DNA from: Ginglymostoma cirratum
Taxonomy: Eukaryota
Direction of reading: 5' to 3'
Assembly (NCBI GenBank): GCA_024137785.1
Contig: JAHRHZ010000002.1
Span: 10,767,263 to 10,831,262, forward strand
Length of the DNA stretch: 64,000 nucleotides
Positions within the stretch are counted from its first letter, which is position 1; every line of letters begins with the position of its first letter. A model generated the notes under the pieces. It was given only the letters and a program-made list of their open reading frames with translations. It did no database searches and was not told the DNA's origin. Shown one piece after another: positions 37,604 through 49,600 of the stretch. The translations under genes were made by a program, and so were the position numbers.

Positions 37604-40600
37604 GTAAGTATCAGTACGTTATGTATAAACTTTACGCTTTGGTGTATGGTGACTGTGCAGCTAAAGGCAATAATGCGTGGTGCAATAGACAAGCAAATTA
37701 GACTGAGAGCAAAGACACTGCTGAACAGTATCGCTTATGCTATATCCGCCACAACTTCACGATGACCTAGTTCTACTCATCAACTGTTGCTTAATTATCA
37801 ACCTGTTTGTCTAGCATTTATAAACTATAGTGCTTGGGAACAGACATTTTAATCTAACTTGTCCACACTGACCAGACATCCCAGTCTGACCGAATCCCAT
37901 TTGCCAGCATTTGGCGCATATCCTTTAGCCCCACATGCCTTTTAAGTGTTGTAATTGTACCCGCCTCCACTACTTCCTCTGGCAGCTTATTCCATACATG
38001 CACTTCCTTCTGCAAGGAAAAAAGTTATCTCGTAAGTACTTTTTAAAACATTCCCCTCTCATCTTAAAACAATGTCATCTAGTTTTGGAATCCCCCACTC
38101 TAGGAAAACAGAAATTTCTTCTAGTTAAATATTTGTGAAGACCAAAACCATTCCCTCCAGTTCCCCACAACTAACTCTGTCTGTCTCCATGGCGAGTGTC
38201 TTGAGGATGAAGCAGAACACAAAATCTTGGTGCATATATGACTTTGAGTTGAACTTCTTCATTGAGGTCATGTCTTCAGATCATTTACCACTCATTTCCA
38301 TCTTCATAAGACTGCCTGATTCCACCAAATCTCAATTCATCTGATGCTGCAACCATCAGAGATGCTATTGTTATCTCTATACTTGACTATACTGTAAGCA
38401 CTTCCTCCATTACACCCTCTGTAAACCTGATCTCATCTGAAACTCTGATCGTCCTGCCATAACTCTCACAATGTGTTCCCTTCAGGCCCTGCTGGCAGAG
38501 TGACAGGAATACAATGTCACTGTGCTATATTAATGCTGTGTGAACACATTTACAAGTCCTACCAGGCAAGTGGTGGAATTAAAATTCATCGTTGTCGAGG
38601 TCTGGAGTACAAGGCTAGTCTCAATGATGGTGATTCTAACAATTATTATTGATGGCTCATTAATGTCCTTTATGGAAGGAAATCTGCTACCTGTACCTCG
38701 TCTGGGTTACATGACACATAACAATAGCATTGACACTGAAAGAGTCTACCAAACCATACAGCTCAATGGCAGTTACAAATGGGCAACCAATATTGACTTT
38801 ACTAGTGATACTCACATCCCCTGTAAAGTGTACAGTTCAGAAACAGGGAATTTGACAGAACCACCATTATTTCAATTGTTTTACTGCAAATGAGCCTCTT
38901 CTTATTTCTTTTCCTATCCTCCTACCATTTTATTCCATTCTCCCTCATGTTTCACTGGCTTTCCCTTAAATACATCCATGTTATTCGCCTCAACTATTTC
39001 GAACAATTGAAAGTTTCCCAATTACCATTGGGCGAAAATTTATTTCTTGAATTCATTTTTGAACTTGTTCCTGGCTATTTTGATAACATGGCCCCGAGTC
39101 AATTATGTTTACTCATTTTTCACTGTCTCTCTATTGTGTAGATCAGAAGAAGGTCAGGAACATGCACGTTAATTTCTGTGCAGTCTGATCACCCATTCAT
39201 TTGAAATAAAATTAAACAAACTCCATTTTAGTTAATAACTGAATGGGCAGTCTGTTTTAAAGATTAATTAAATGTAACAGCGAGATTGTTGAAAATCTCC
39301 AGAATGCCCATTTCTGTAGAATAAAAGCCTTGTATTTAGCACCTTGAGATTTATGTTCAGGATGTTTCCACGATCCAGGGTGAACAGAGGAAAGAAAGTG
39401 GTTGTTGCTTTTAATACCCTGCATGAATTGTCATCAGTGCTCTTCGTGACATTTCCTATTCAATCTCAGTCTTTTCCTGAAATTGAGGACTTGTAAGACA
39501 TTTCACGTCTTTCAAACTGGCCTTCTTATCATTTACCATTTTCCCACATCCTATCATTGCGGAGTCGAGAGCTTTTCTGTATTTACAACGCTTGACCTCT
39601 CATAGCTTTCTCAGTCATAGAGTCGCAGAGTGATCATAGAGTCATCCTTCCTTTCTCTGTCCTTCCTCATAGTTCTTGACACTTAACCTCCTTCGGTCTA
39701 TTGCCGACAGAGGGGGATTTCAAGAGTAGGCAACACATGAGGGGAGAGAGATTTAAAATGAACATGAGGGGCAATTGTATCAGAGAGCGGTTTGTGTGTG
39801 GAATGAACTTGCAGGGGAAGAGGTGGACGGTCTACAGTTACAACGTTGAAAAGGCATTTAGATAAGGACATGAATGAGAAATGTTTGGAAGGCGATGGAC
39901 CAAGCACAGTCTGGTGGGACTAATTTAGCTTGGAATAATGGACTGGTTGGACCGAAGGGTCTGATTCTGTGCTGTATGACTCTCTGACGCTGTTATGTCA
40001 AAATAGCGCATTGGGTCTCCTCTAAATACGTGATCTCTGCGATAGATCAGCACTGCAGCTCTTTCGATAACAAGCCACATATATGGTGCTTTCATATCCA
40101 GCTTGTTGGAAACCAAGTGGAAAGATTTGCTGTTTTTGTTGATCTGCCCACAGAATAATGCAGCACAGTGAAACCCATTCCGCCCACCATGCCAAGACAA
40201 GGTTTCTAAAAAAACTCTTTTGTAATTGGACCGTAATCCTTTGCAAATGAAGGGTAGCAGTCAGCTTCCTTGTTCAGACTGCAATGGAATCTGCTCCCAC
40301 TGCCCTTTCAGACAGAGGACAGCATCTCACTGAGTGGTAAAACGGTTATCTAAACGTTGCTGCACATTCCCCCGCTATTGAGCTGGTAATTTGTTTATTC
40401 GTTTTAACGTTGCCTCTCAAAGTTCCAACTTCCAATCACTTCCTCCCCTCTAATTCAGGAATCGGCGCAAGGAAGTTCCAAGTCGTTCAGAAACTTCCGG
40501 CGATTCTGGCGGAGGAGGGTCAATCAGTCCTTATCCCGTGCGAGTGGACAGGCAATGTCGACCAGACAATAGGCTCTTTTAAATGGTTGAAGGATGGTGT

Positions 40601-43600
40601 GGAAGTTTCCAATCAGACAGCGCGGTATGCAGGGCGAGTGCACAGACCCCAAGAGGATTTCATCCAAAGCCGCAATGCCTCCCTCTTTCTGAAGGAGCTG
40701 AAAGTGACTGATTCCGGGATGTATAGGTGCAGCGTGAAGTTCATGCAGCTGGGTGAGGAATATGGGAATGGAACACAGCTCATGGTGAGAGGTAAGTGTT
40801 TCACTTGTCTACAAATAGTCATGCGTGGCCGGAGAAATCAGTTCCACAGCACGACTGGTAACTTTTCCCAGTTCTTTCCGCCGATGGTGTTCTCTTCAGT
40901 TCGAGGACGCTCCCGGTAACACAATTGTCGAAAAGTACAATCTTGCACAAGGAAGAGATGCCTTTGGTTTGTTTGTTTGGACCGAGTCAAACTCCAATGT
41001 TTGTTTTCTTCATGTACAGAACCAGACTGCTTTACTGACTTTTTATGTATATTTTTAATGATAAAGAATATTTATAAAGTTTGTAAATATTCATAAAGTC
41101 AATAACGTGTCAACTACACATGGAAATTTGCTACTATCGTGCCTTCAGTATTGAATTCTGTGTGGAGTTTGCACATTGTCCCCGTGTCTGTGTGGGTTTC
41201 CTCCCACAGACCAAAGATGTGCCGTTGAGGGTGGAAATTATACAGCACGGAAACAGACCTTTCAGTCTAACTTGTCCACACTGACCAGTCATCCCAGTCT
41301 GACCGAGTCCCATTTGCCAGCATTTGGCCCATATCCTTTAACCCCACATGCCTTTTAAATGTTATAATTGTACCAGCCTCCACTACTTTCTCTGGCACCT
41401 CATTCCATACATGCACTATATTCTGCAAGAAAAATGCTACCTCTTAAGTCCTTTTTAAATCTTTCCCCTCTCATCTTAAAACAATGTCATCTAGTTTTGG
41501 GATTCCCCACTCTCGGAAAACAGAAATTTCCTCTTCTTAAATATTTGTGAAGACCAAAAACGATCCCTCCAGTTCCCCACAACTAACTCTATCTGTCTCC
41601 ACGGCAAGTGTCTTGAGGATGAAGCAGAGCACAAAATCTTGGTGTATATATGACCTTGAGTTGAACTTCTTCATTGAGAGTCATGTCTTCAGATCATTTG
41701 CCACTCATTTCCATCTTCATAAAACTGCCTGATTCCACCAAATCTCAATTCATCTGATGCTGGAGCCATCAGAGATGCTATTGTTATCTCTCTACTTGAC
41801 TGTACTATCAGCACTTCCTACTTTACACCCTCTCTCAACCTGATCTCATCTGAACTTTTCATCGTCCTGCCATAACTCTCACAATGAGCTCCCTCCCAGC
41901 ACTGTTGGCAGAGTGCATGGTAATGCAATGTCACTGTGCTATATTAATACTGTATCAACACATTTACAAGTCCTACCAGGCAAGTGGTGGAATTAAGATT
42001 CATCATTGTCGAGGTCTGGAGTACAAGGCTAGTCTCAACGATGATGATTCTAACAATTATTATTGATGACTCATTAATGTCCTTGATGGAAGGAAATCTG
42101 CTATCTGTACCTGGTCTGGGCTACATGGACCATTACAATAGCATTGACTCTAAAGTGGACTCCCAAACCAGACAGCTCAATGGCAGTTACGAACGGGCAA
42201 CCAATATTGACTTTACTGGTGATACTCTCATCCCCTGGAAAGTGTCCAGTTCAGAAACAGGGAATTTGACTGAACCACCATTATTTCAAGTGTTTTACTG
42301 CAAATGAGCCTCTTCTCATTTCTTTTCCTATCCTCCTACCATTTTATTCCATTCTCCCTCATGTCTCACTGGCTCTCCCTTAAATACATCCACGTTATTC
42401 ACCTCAACTATTTCAGACAATTAAAAGTTTCCCAATTATCATTGGGCGAATTTTTTTTCTTGAATTCCTTGTTGAACTTATTCCTGGCTATTTTGAATTC
42501 ATGGCCCCTATTCAGTTATGTTTGCTCATTCTTGAGTGTCTCTATATTGTGAGATCAGGAGAAGGTCAGGAACATGCACGTTAATTTCTGTGCAGTCTAA
42601 TCACCAAAACATTTTAAATAAAATTAAACAAACTCCGCTTTAGTTAGTAACTGAATGGGCAGTCTGTTTTAAAGATTAATTAAACGTTATTGCAAGGTCG
42701 TTGAAAATCTCCAAAATTCCCATTCCTGTATAATAAAAACCTTGTGTTTAGCACCTTGATATTTATGTTCAGGATGTTTCCACGATCCAGGGTGAACAAA
42801 TGGAAGAAAGGTGGTTGTTTGTTTTTAAGACATTGCATGAGTTGTCATCAGGGCTCACAGTGAGATTTCCTATTCAATTTCAGTCTTTTCATGGAATTAA
42901 GGAGTTGAAGGACATTTCACTCCTTTCAAACTGGCCTTCTTATCATTTAACATTTTCCCACATCCTATCATTGCGGAGTCGAGTGCTTTGCTGTATTTAG
43001 AATGCTTGACCTCTCATATCTTTCTCAGTCATAGAGTCGCAGAGTGATCATATAGTCATTCTTCCTTTCTCTGTCATTCCTCATAGTTCTTGACACTTAA
43101 CCTCCATCGGTCTTTTGCGGTGGGTTTCAAGAGTAGGCAGCATATGAGGGGAGAGAGATTTAAAATGGACTTGTGAGGCCACTTTTTCAGAGAGTGGTTT
43201 GTGTGTGGAACGAACTTGTCGGCGAAGTGATGGGTGTGGCTACAGTTACAACGTTGAAAAGGAATTTAGATAAGTATATGAATAAAAAATGTTTGGAAGG
43301 ATATGGACCAAGCACAGGCAGGTGGGATTAGGTTAGTTTAGAATAATGGACTGGTTGGACCGAAGGGCCTGTTTCTGTGTTGTTTGACTCGATGACTCAG
43401 TAATATCAAAATAGCACATTGGGTCTCCTCGAAATAGATGATTTCTGTGATAAATCACCACTGCAGCTCTTTTGAACAACAAGTCACATCTACGGTGCTT
43501 TCATATCCAGCTTGTTGGAAACCAAGTGGAAGGATTTGATGTTTTTGGTGATCTGCCCATAGAATGATGCAGCACAGTGAAACCCATTCCGCCCACCATG

Positions 43601-46600
43601 CCAGGACAAGGCTTCCAAAAAAGCTCTTTTGTAATTGGACCATAATCCTTTTCCAATGAAGGGTGCAGTCAGCTTCCTTGTTCAGAATGTAATGGAATCT
43701 GCTCCCACTGCCCTTTCAGACAGAGGACAGCATCTCACTGAGTGGTAAAACAGTTATCTAAACGTTGCTGTAAATTTGCCCCCCTATTGAGCTGGTAATT
43801 TGTTTATTCGTTTTAACGTTGCCTCTCAAAGTTCCAACTTCCAGTCACTTCCTCCCCTCTAATTTTCAGGAATCGGCGCAAGGAAGTTCCAAGTCGTTCA
43901 GAAACTTCCGAGGATTCTGGCGGAGGAGGGTCAATCAGTCCTCATCCCGTGCGAGTGGACAGGCCATGTCTACCAGAGAATACGCTCTTTTAAGTGGTTG
44001 AAGGATGGTGTGGAAGTTTCCAATCAGACAGCGAGGTATGCAGGGCGATTGCACAAACCCCATGAGGATTTCATCCGCAGCCGCAATGCCTCCCTCATGC
44101 TGAAGGAGCTGAAAGTGACTGATTCCGGGATGTATAGGTGCAGTGTGAAATTCATGCAGCTGGGTGAGGAATATGGGAATGGAACGCAGCTCACAGTGAG
44201 AGGTAAGTGATTCACTTGTCTGCAAATACCAATGCGTAGCAGGAGAAATCAGTTCCACAGCACGACTGGTAACTTTTCCCAGGCTTTTGCGCCAATGCGG
44301 TTCTATTCAGTTCGAGGACCTTCTTAGTAACACAACTGTCGAAAAGTACAATCTTGCACAAGGAAGAGATGCCTTTGGTTTGTTTGTTTGGACCGAGTCA
44401 AACTCCAATGTTTGTTTTCTTCATGTACAGAACCAGACTGCTTTAGTGACATTTTACGGACATTTTTAATGAATAAAGTATATTTGTAAAGTTTGTGAAT
44501 ATTTATAAAGTCAAAAACGTGTAAACTGTACATGGAAATTTGCTACTATCGTGCCTTCAGTATTAAACTCTGTGTGAAGTTTGCACATTGTCCCCGTGTC
44601 TGTGTGGGTTTCCTCCCACAGACCAAAGATGTGCAGGTGAGGGTGGAAATTATACAGCACGGAAACAGACCTTTCAGTCTAACTTGTCCACACTGACCAG
44701 ACATCCCAGTCTGACCGAGTCCCATTTGCCAGCATTTGGCCCATATCCTTTAACCCCACATGCCTTTTAAATGTTGTAGTTGTATCCGCCTCCACTACTT
44801 TCTCTGGCAGCTTATTCCATACCTGCACTACATTCTGCAAGAAAAAATGTTGTCTCTTAAGTCCTTTTTAAATCTTTCCCCTCTCATTGTAAAACCATTC
44901 CATCTAGTTTTGGAATCCCCCACTCTAGGAAAACAGAAATTTCCTCTTGTTAAACATTTGTGAAGACCAAAACCATTCCCTCCAGTTCCCCACAGCTAAC
45001 TCTATCTGTCTCCATGGCAAATGTCTTGAGGATGAAGCAGAGCACAAAATCTTGGTGTATATATGACTTTGAGTTGAACTTCTTCATTGAGAGTCATGTC
45101 TTCAGATCATTTACCACTCATTTCCATCTTCATAAAACTGCCTGATTCCACCAAATCTCAATTCATCTGATGCTGGAACCATCAGAGATGCTATTGTTAT
45201 CTCTCTACTTGACTAGACTGTAAGCACTTCCTACATTACACCGTCTGTAAACCTGATCTCATCTGAAACTCTAATCGTCCTGCCATAACTCTCCCAATGT
45301 GCTCCCTCCCAGCACCGCTGGCAGAGTGTACAGTAATGTAATGTAACTGTGCAAGACTAATGTTGTATCAACACTTTTACAAGTCCTACCAGGCAAGTGG
45401 TGGAATTAAGATTCATCATTGTCGAGGTCTGGAGTACATGGCTCGCCTCAATGATGGTGACTTTAACAATTATTATTGACGGTTCATTAATGTCCTTTAT
45501 GGAAGGAAATCTGTTATCTGCACCTGGTCTGGGCGACATGACACATAACAATAGCATTGACTATTAAATAGACTACCAAACCAGACAGCTCAATGGCAGT
45601 TACGAAAAAGGCAGCCAATATTGACCTTACTAGTGATACTCACATCCCCTGTAAAGTGTACAGTTATGAAACAAGGAATTTGACTGAACCACTATTATTT
45701 CAAGTGTTTTACTGCAAATGAGCCTCTTCTCATTTCTTTTCCTCTCCTCCTACCATTTTATTCCATTCTCCCTCATGTCTCACTGTCTATCCCTGAAATA
45801 CGTCCGTGTTACTCACCTCAACTGTTTCGGACAATTGAAAGTTTCCCAATAATAATTTTGTGAAATTTTTTTTCTTGTATTCCTTGTTGAACTTATTCCT
45901 GGCTATTTTGAATTCATGGCCCCTGGTCAATTATGTTTGCTCATTCTTGAGAGTCTCTAAATTGTGTAGATCAGAAGAAGGTCAGGAACATGCACATTAA
46001 TTTCTGTGCCGTCTAATCACCCATTCATTTGAAATAAAATTCAACAAACTCCACTTTAGTTAATAACTGAATTGGCAGTCTGTTTTAAAGATTACTTAAA
46101 TGTTACAGCTAGATTGTTGAAAATCTTCAGAAGCAACATTTCTGTGGAATAAAAGCCTTGTATTTAGCACCTTGATATTTATGATCTGAATGTTTCTCCG
46201 ATCTGGGGTGAACAAAGGGAAGAAAGTGCTTGCTGTCTTTTATACCCTGCATGAGTTCTCATCTGGGCTCGCAGTGATATTTCCTATTCAATCTCAGTCT
46301 TCTCCTGGAATTGAGGAGTTGTAGGACATTTCAAACTGGCCTTCTTATCATTTACCAATTTCCCACATCCTATCATTGCGGAGTCGAGTGCTTTTCTGTA
46401 TTTACAACGCTTGACCTCTCATAGCTTTCTCAGTCATAGAGTCGCAGAGTGATCATAGAGTCATCCTTCCTTTCTCTGTCCTTCCTCATAGTTCTTGACA
46501 CTTAACCTCCTTCGGTCTTTTGCCAACAGTGGTGGATTTCAAGAGTAGACAGCATATGAGGGGAGAGAGGTTGAAAATGAACATGAGGGGCAATTATTTA

Positions 46601-49600
46601 GAGAGTGGTTTGTGTGTGGAATGAACTTGTAGGGGAAGTGCTGTATGTGGCTACAGTTACAACGTTGAAAAGGAATTTAGATAAGGACATGAATGAGAAA
46701 TGTTTGGAAGGAATTGGGCCAAGCGCGGGCAGGTGGGACTAGTTTAGTTTGGAATAATGGACTGGTTGGACCGAAGGTTCTGTTTCTGTGCTGTATGATT
46801 CGATGACTCAGTAATATCAAAATAGCACATTGGGTCTCGTCTAAATACGTGATCTCTGCAATAGATCAGCACTGCAGCTCTTTCAAATAACAAGCCTCAT
46901 CTATGGTGCTTTCAAATCCAGCTTGTTGGAAACCAAGTGGAAGGATTTGATGTTTTTGGTGACCTGCCCATAGAATGATGCAGCACAGTGAAGCCCATTC
47001 TGCCCACCATGCCAGTACAAGGTGTCTGAAAAAGCTCTTTTGTAATTGCACCGTTATCCTTTCCCAATGAAGGGTAGCAGTTAGCTTCCTTGTTCAGACT
47101 GTAATGGAATCTGCTCTCACTGCCCTTTCAGACAGAGGACATCATCTCACTGAGTGGTAAAACGGTTATCTAAACGTTGCTGCACATTTCCCCCCTATTG
47201 AGCTGGTAATTTGTTTATTCGTTTTAACGTTGCCTCTCAAAGTTCCAACTTCCAATGACTTCATTCCCCCTAATTTTCAGGAATCGGTGCAAGGAAGTTC
47301 CAAGTCGTTCAGAACCTTCCGAGGATTCTGGCGGAGGAGGGTCAATCAGTCCTCATCCCGTGCGAGTGGACAGGCCATGTCTACCAGAGAATACGCTCTT
47401 TTAAGTGGTTGAAGGATGGTGTGGAAGTTTCCAATCAGACAGCGCGGTATGCAGGGCGATTGCACAGACCCCATGAGGATTTCATCCGCAGCCGCAATGC
47501 CTCCCTCTTTCTGAAGGAGCTGAAAGTGACTGATTCCGGGATGTATAGGTGCAGCGTGATATTCATGCAGCTGGGTGAGGAATATGGGAATGGAACCCAG
47601 CTCACTGTGATAGGTAAGTGATTCACATGTCTGCAAATAGCCATGCGTAGCAGGAGAAATCAGTTCCACAGCACGACTGGTAACTTTTCCCAGGCCTTTG
47701 CGCCAATGCGGTTCTATTCAGTTCGAGGATGTTCTTAGTAACACAATTGTAGAAAAGTACAATCTTGCACAAGTAAGAGATGCCTTTGGTTTGTTTGTTT
47801 GGACCGAGTCAAACTCCAATGTTTGTTTTCTTCATGGACAGAACCAGACTGCTTCAGTGACTTTTTATGTACATTTTAAATGAATTAAGTACATTTGTAA
47901 AGTTTGTGAATATATATAAAGTCAATAACGTGGAAACTATACATGGAAAGTTGCTACTATCTTGCCTTCAGTATTAAATTCTGTGTGATGTTTGCACACT
48001 GTCCCCACGTCTGCTTGGGTTTCCTCCCACAGCCCAAAGATATGCAGGTTTGGGTGGATTGTCCATGCTAAATCGCCCATAGTGTTCAAGGATGTGCAGG
48101 TTAAGTGGGTTAACCATGAGAATTGCAGAGTTACAGGTCGAGGGCAGGGGAATGAGTCTGGGTGGGATGCCCTTCTGATGGGCCGAATGGCCTACTTCCA
48201 CACTGTCGGGATTCAATTTCTAAATTAGCTATGGGGACATTATCAGCCTTTTGCCCAATTTTTTTGTCATACTTCCATGAGCATCCTGATTACCCACTGT
48301 CTCAGATTATAACAATCAAGTAGGAATCGATAGTTAACGCAGGAGCCTGATTGTCATTTTGAAAATTAACTGGGAGGAATATATTGAAAATTGTAGAATA
48401 ACAACTAATTTAATGTGCAAATGGAAGCAATGTAGTCATTGAGTCATACAGCACAGAAGCAGACCCTTCAGTCCAACCAGTCCATGCTGACCACAATCCC
48501 AAACCAAACTAGTCCCACCTGCCTGCGCATGGGCCATGTCCCTCCAAACATTTCTTATTCATGTGCTTATCCAAATGTCTTTTAAACGTTGTAACTGTTT
48601 CCACATCCACTGCCTCTGGAAGTTCATTCCACACACGAACCACTCTCTGTGTAAAAAAAAAAAATTCGCCTCGTCTCTTTTTAAAATCTCTCTGCTCTCA
48701 CCTGCAATATATGACCCCTGGTCTTGAAATTCCCTATCCTACAGAAAGGACACTTACCATTTACTCTGTCTCTACCCTTCATGATTTTTAAAACTTCTCT
48801 CAGGTCACTTTTCGAACTCCGACACTCTGGTGAAAAAAGTTCAAGCCCAGCTATCCTTTCTTTATAACTGAAACTTTTCATACCTGGCAGCATTGTTGTA
48901 ATTCTCTTTTGAACCATCTCCAGCTTAATAATATCCTTCCTGTAACAGGGAGACCAGAACTGGACACAGTATTCCAGAAAAGGAGCCTGATTTTCATTTT
49001 GAAAAATAACTGGGAAGAGCATTCTGATAATTCTGAAGTTGCAGGAATAATAATTATTTAAATATGCGAATGGAAGCAATTGTCATATTATGGAGTACAG
49101 AAGTGGAGAAAATATTCCTCCGTTGCTTGAAATTACACTTGCACCAAATTTGGAGTAATGCATGCGGCTTCAGATCCAGAAGGATATATTAGCCTTGCGA
49201 GATTACAAGCCTGACTTGCTAGTGTGGTACTGCAGCTTGGTGTTTCAGCTGACGCACGGTTTTGGATTTTATAGATAGGAAATAATTATTTCTTATAGCG
49301 GGAGCATCAAGAATGATGGAACATGATCTGAAAATTAGAGACCGCTAATTAAACAGTGAAGGCAGGAAGCAGATTCGAATACAAAAGAGGGTGAGAATCT
49401 GGAACCCTCTTTGGAAAGCCTGAAAATACTGAAACTTGAAAAGGCAATGTTGATGGATAAAAGGCAAGACAGTGTTAATAAAGGGTATGTAAATTGTTGC
49501 ATTAGTTTGTGTTCAGGTTCAGATCAACCATGATCTAACTAAATGATTGAATAGATGCAAGGGGCCTAATGGCGTATTTCTTTTACCTGTGTTGTGCTCT

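Larger units (their letters stand above)
37838..48040 (+). repeat. Tandem triplication of a ~3.41 kb unit, each unit containing one V exon
   Basis: Colinear near-identical blocks start at about 37838, 41249 and 44660. V exon starts differ by 3411 bp in both intervals. Paralogous ORFs recur in the ORF track. Confidence 0.95.

Noticed and set aside
40459-47613. Rearranging TCR/Ig/IgNAR V-segment array
   Set aside because: Each exon already contains the J-like GxGTxLxV motif. There are no per-V leaders, no D/J segments or C1 exon, and no 12/23 RSS pair.
43870-47613. Gene conversion mosaicism among V copies
   Set aside because: Sites shared by V1 and V3 are explained by V2-specific substitutions, so conversion is not needed without a formal test.
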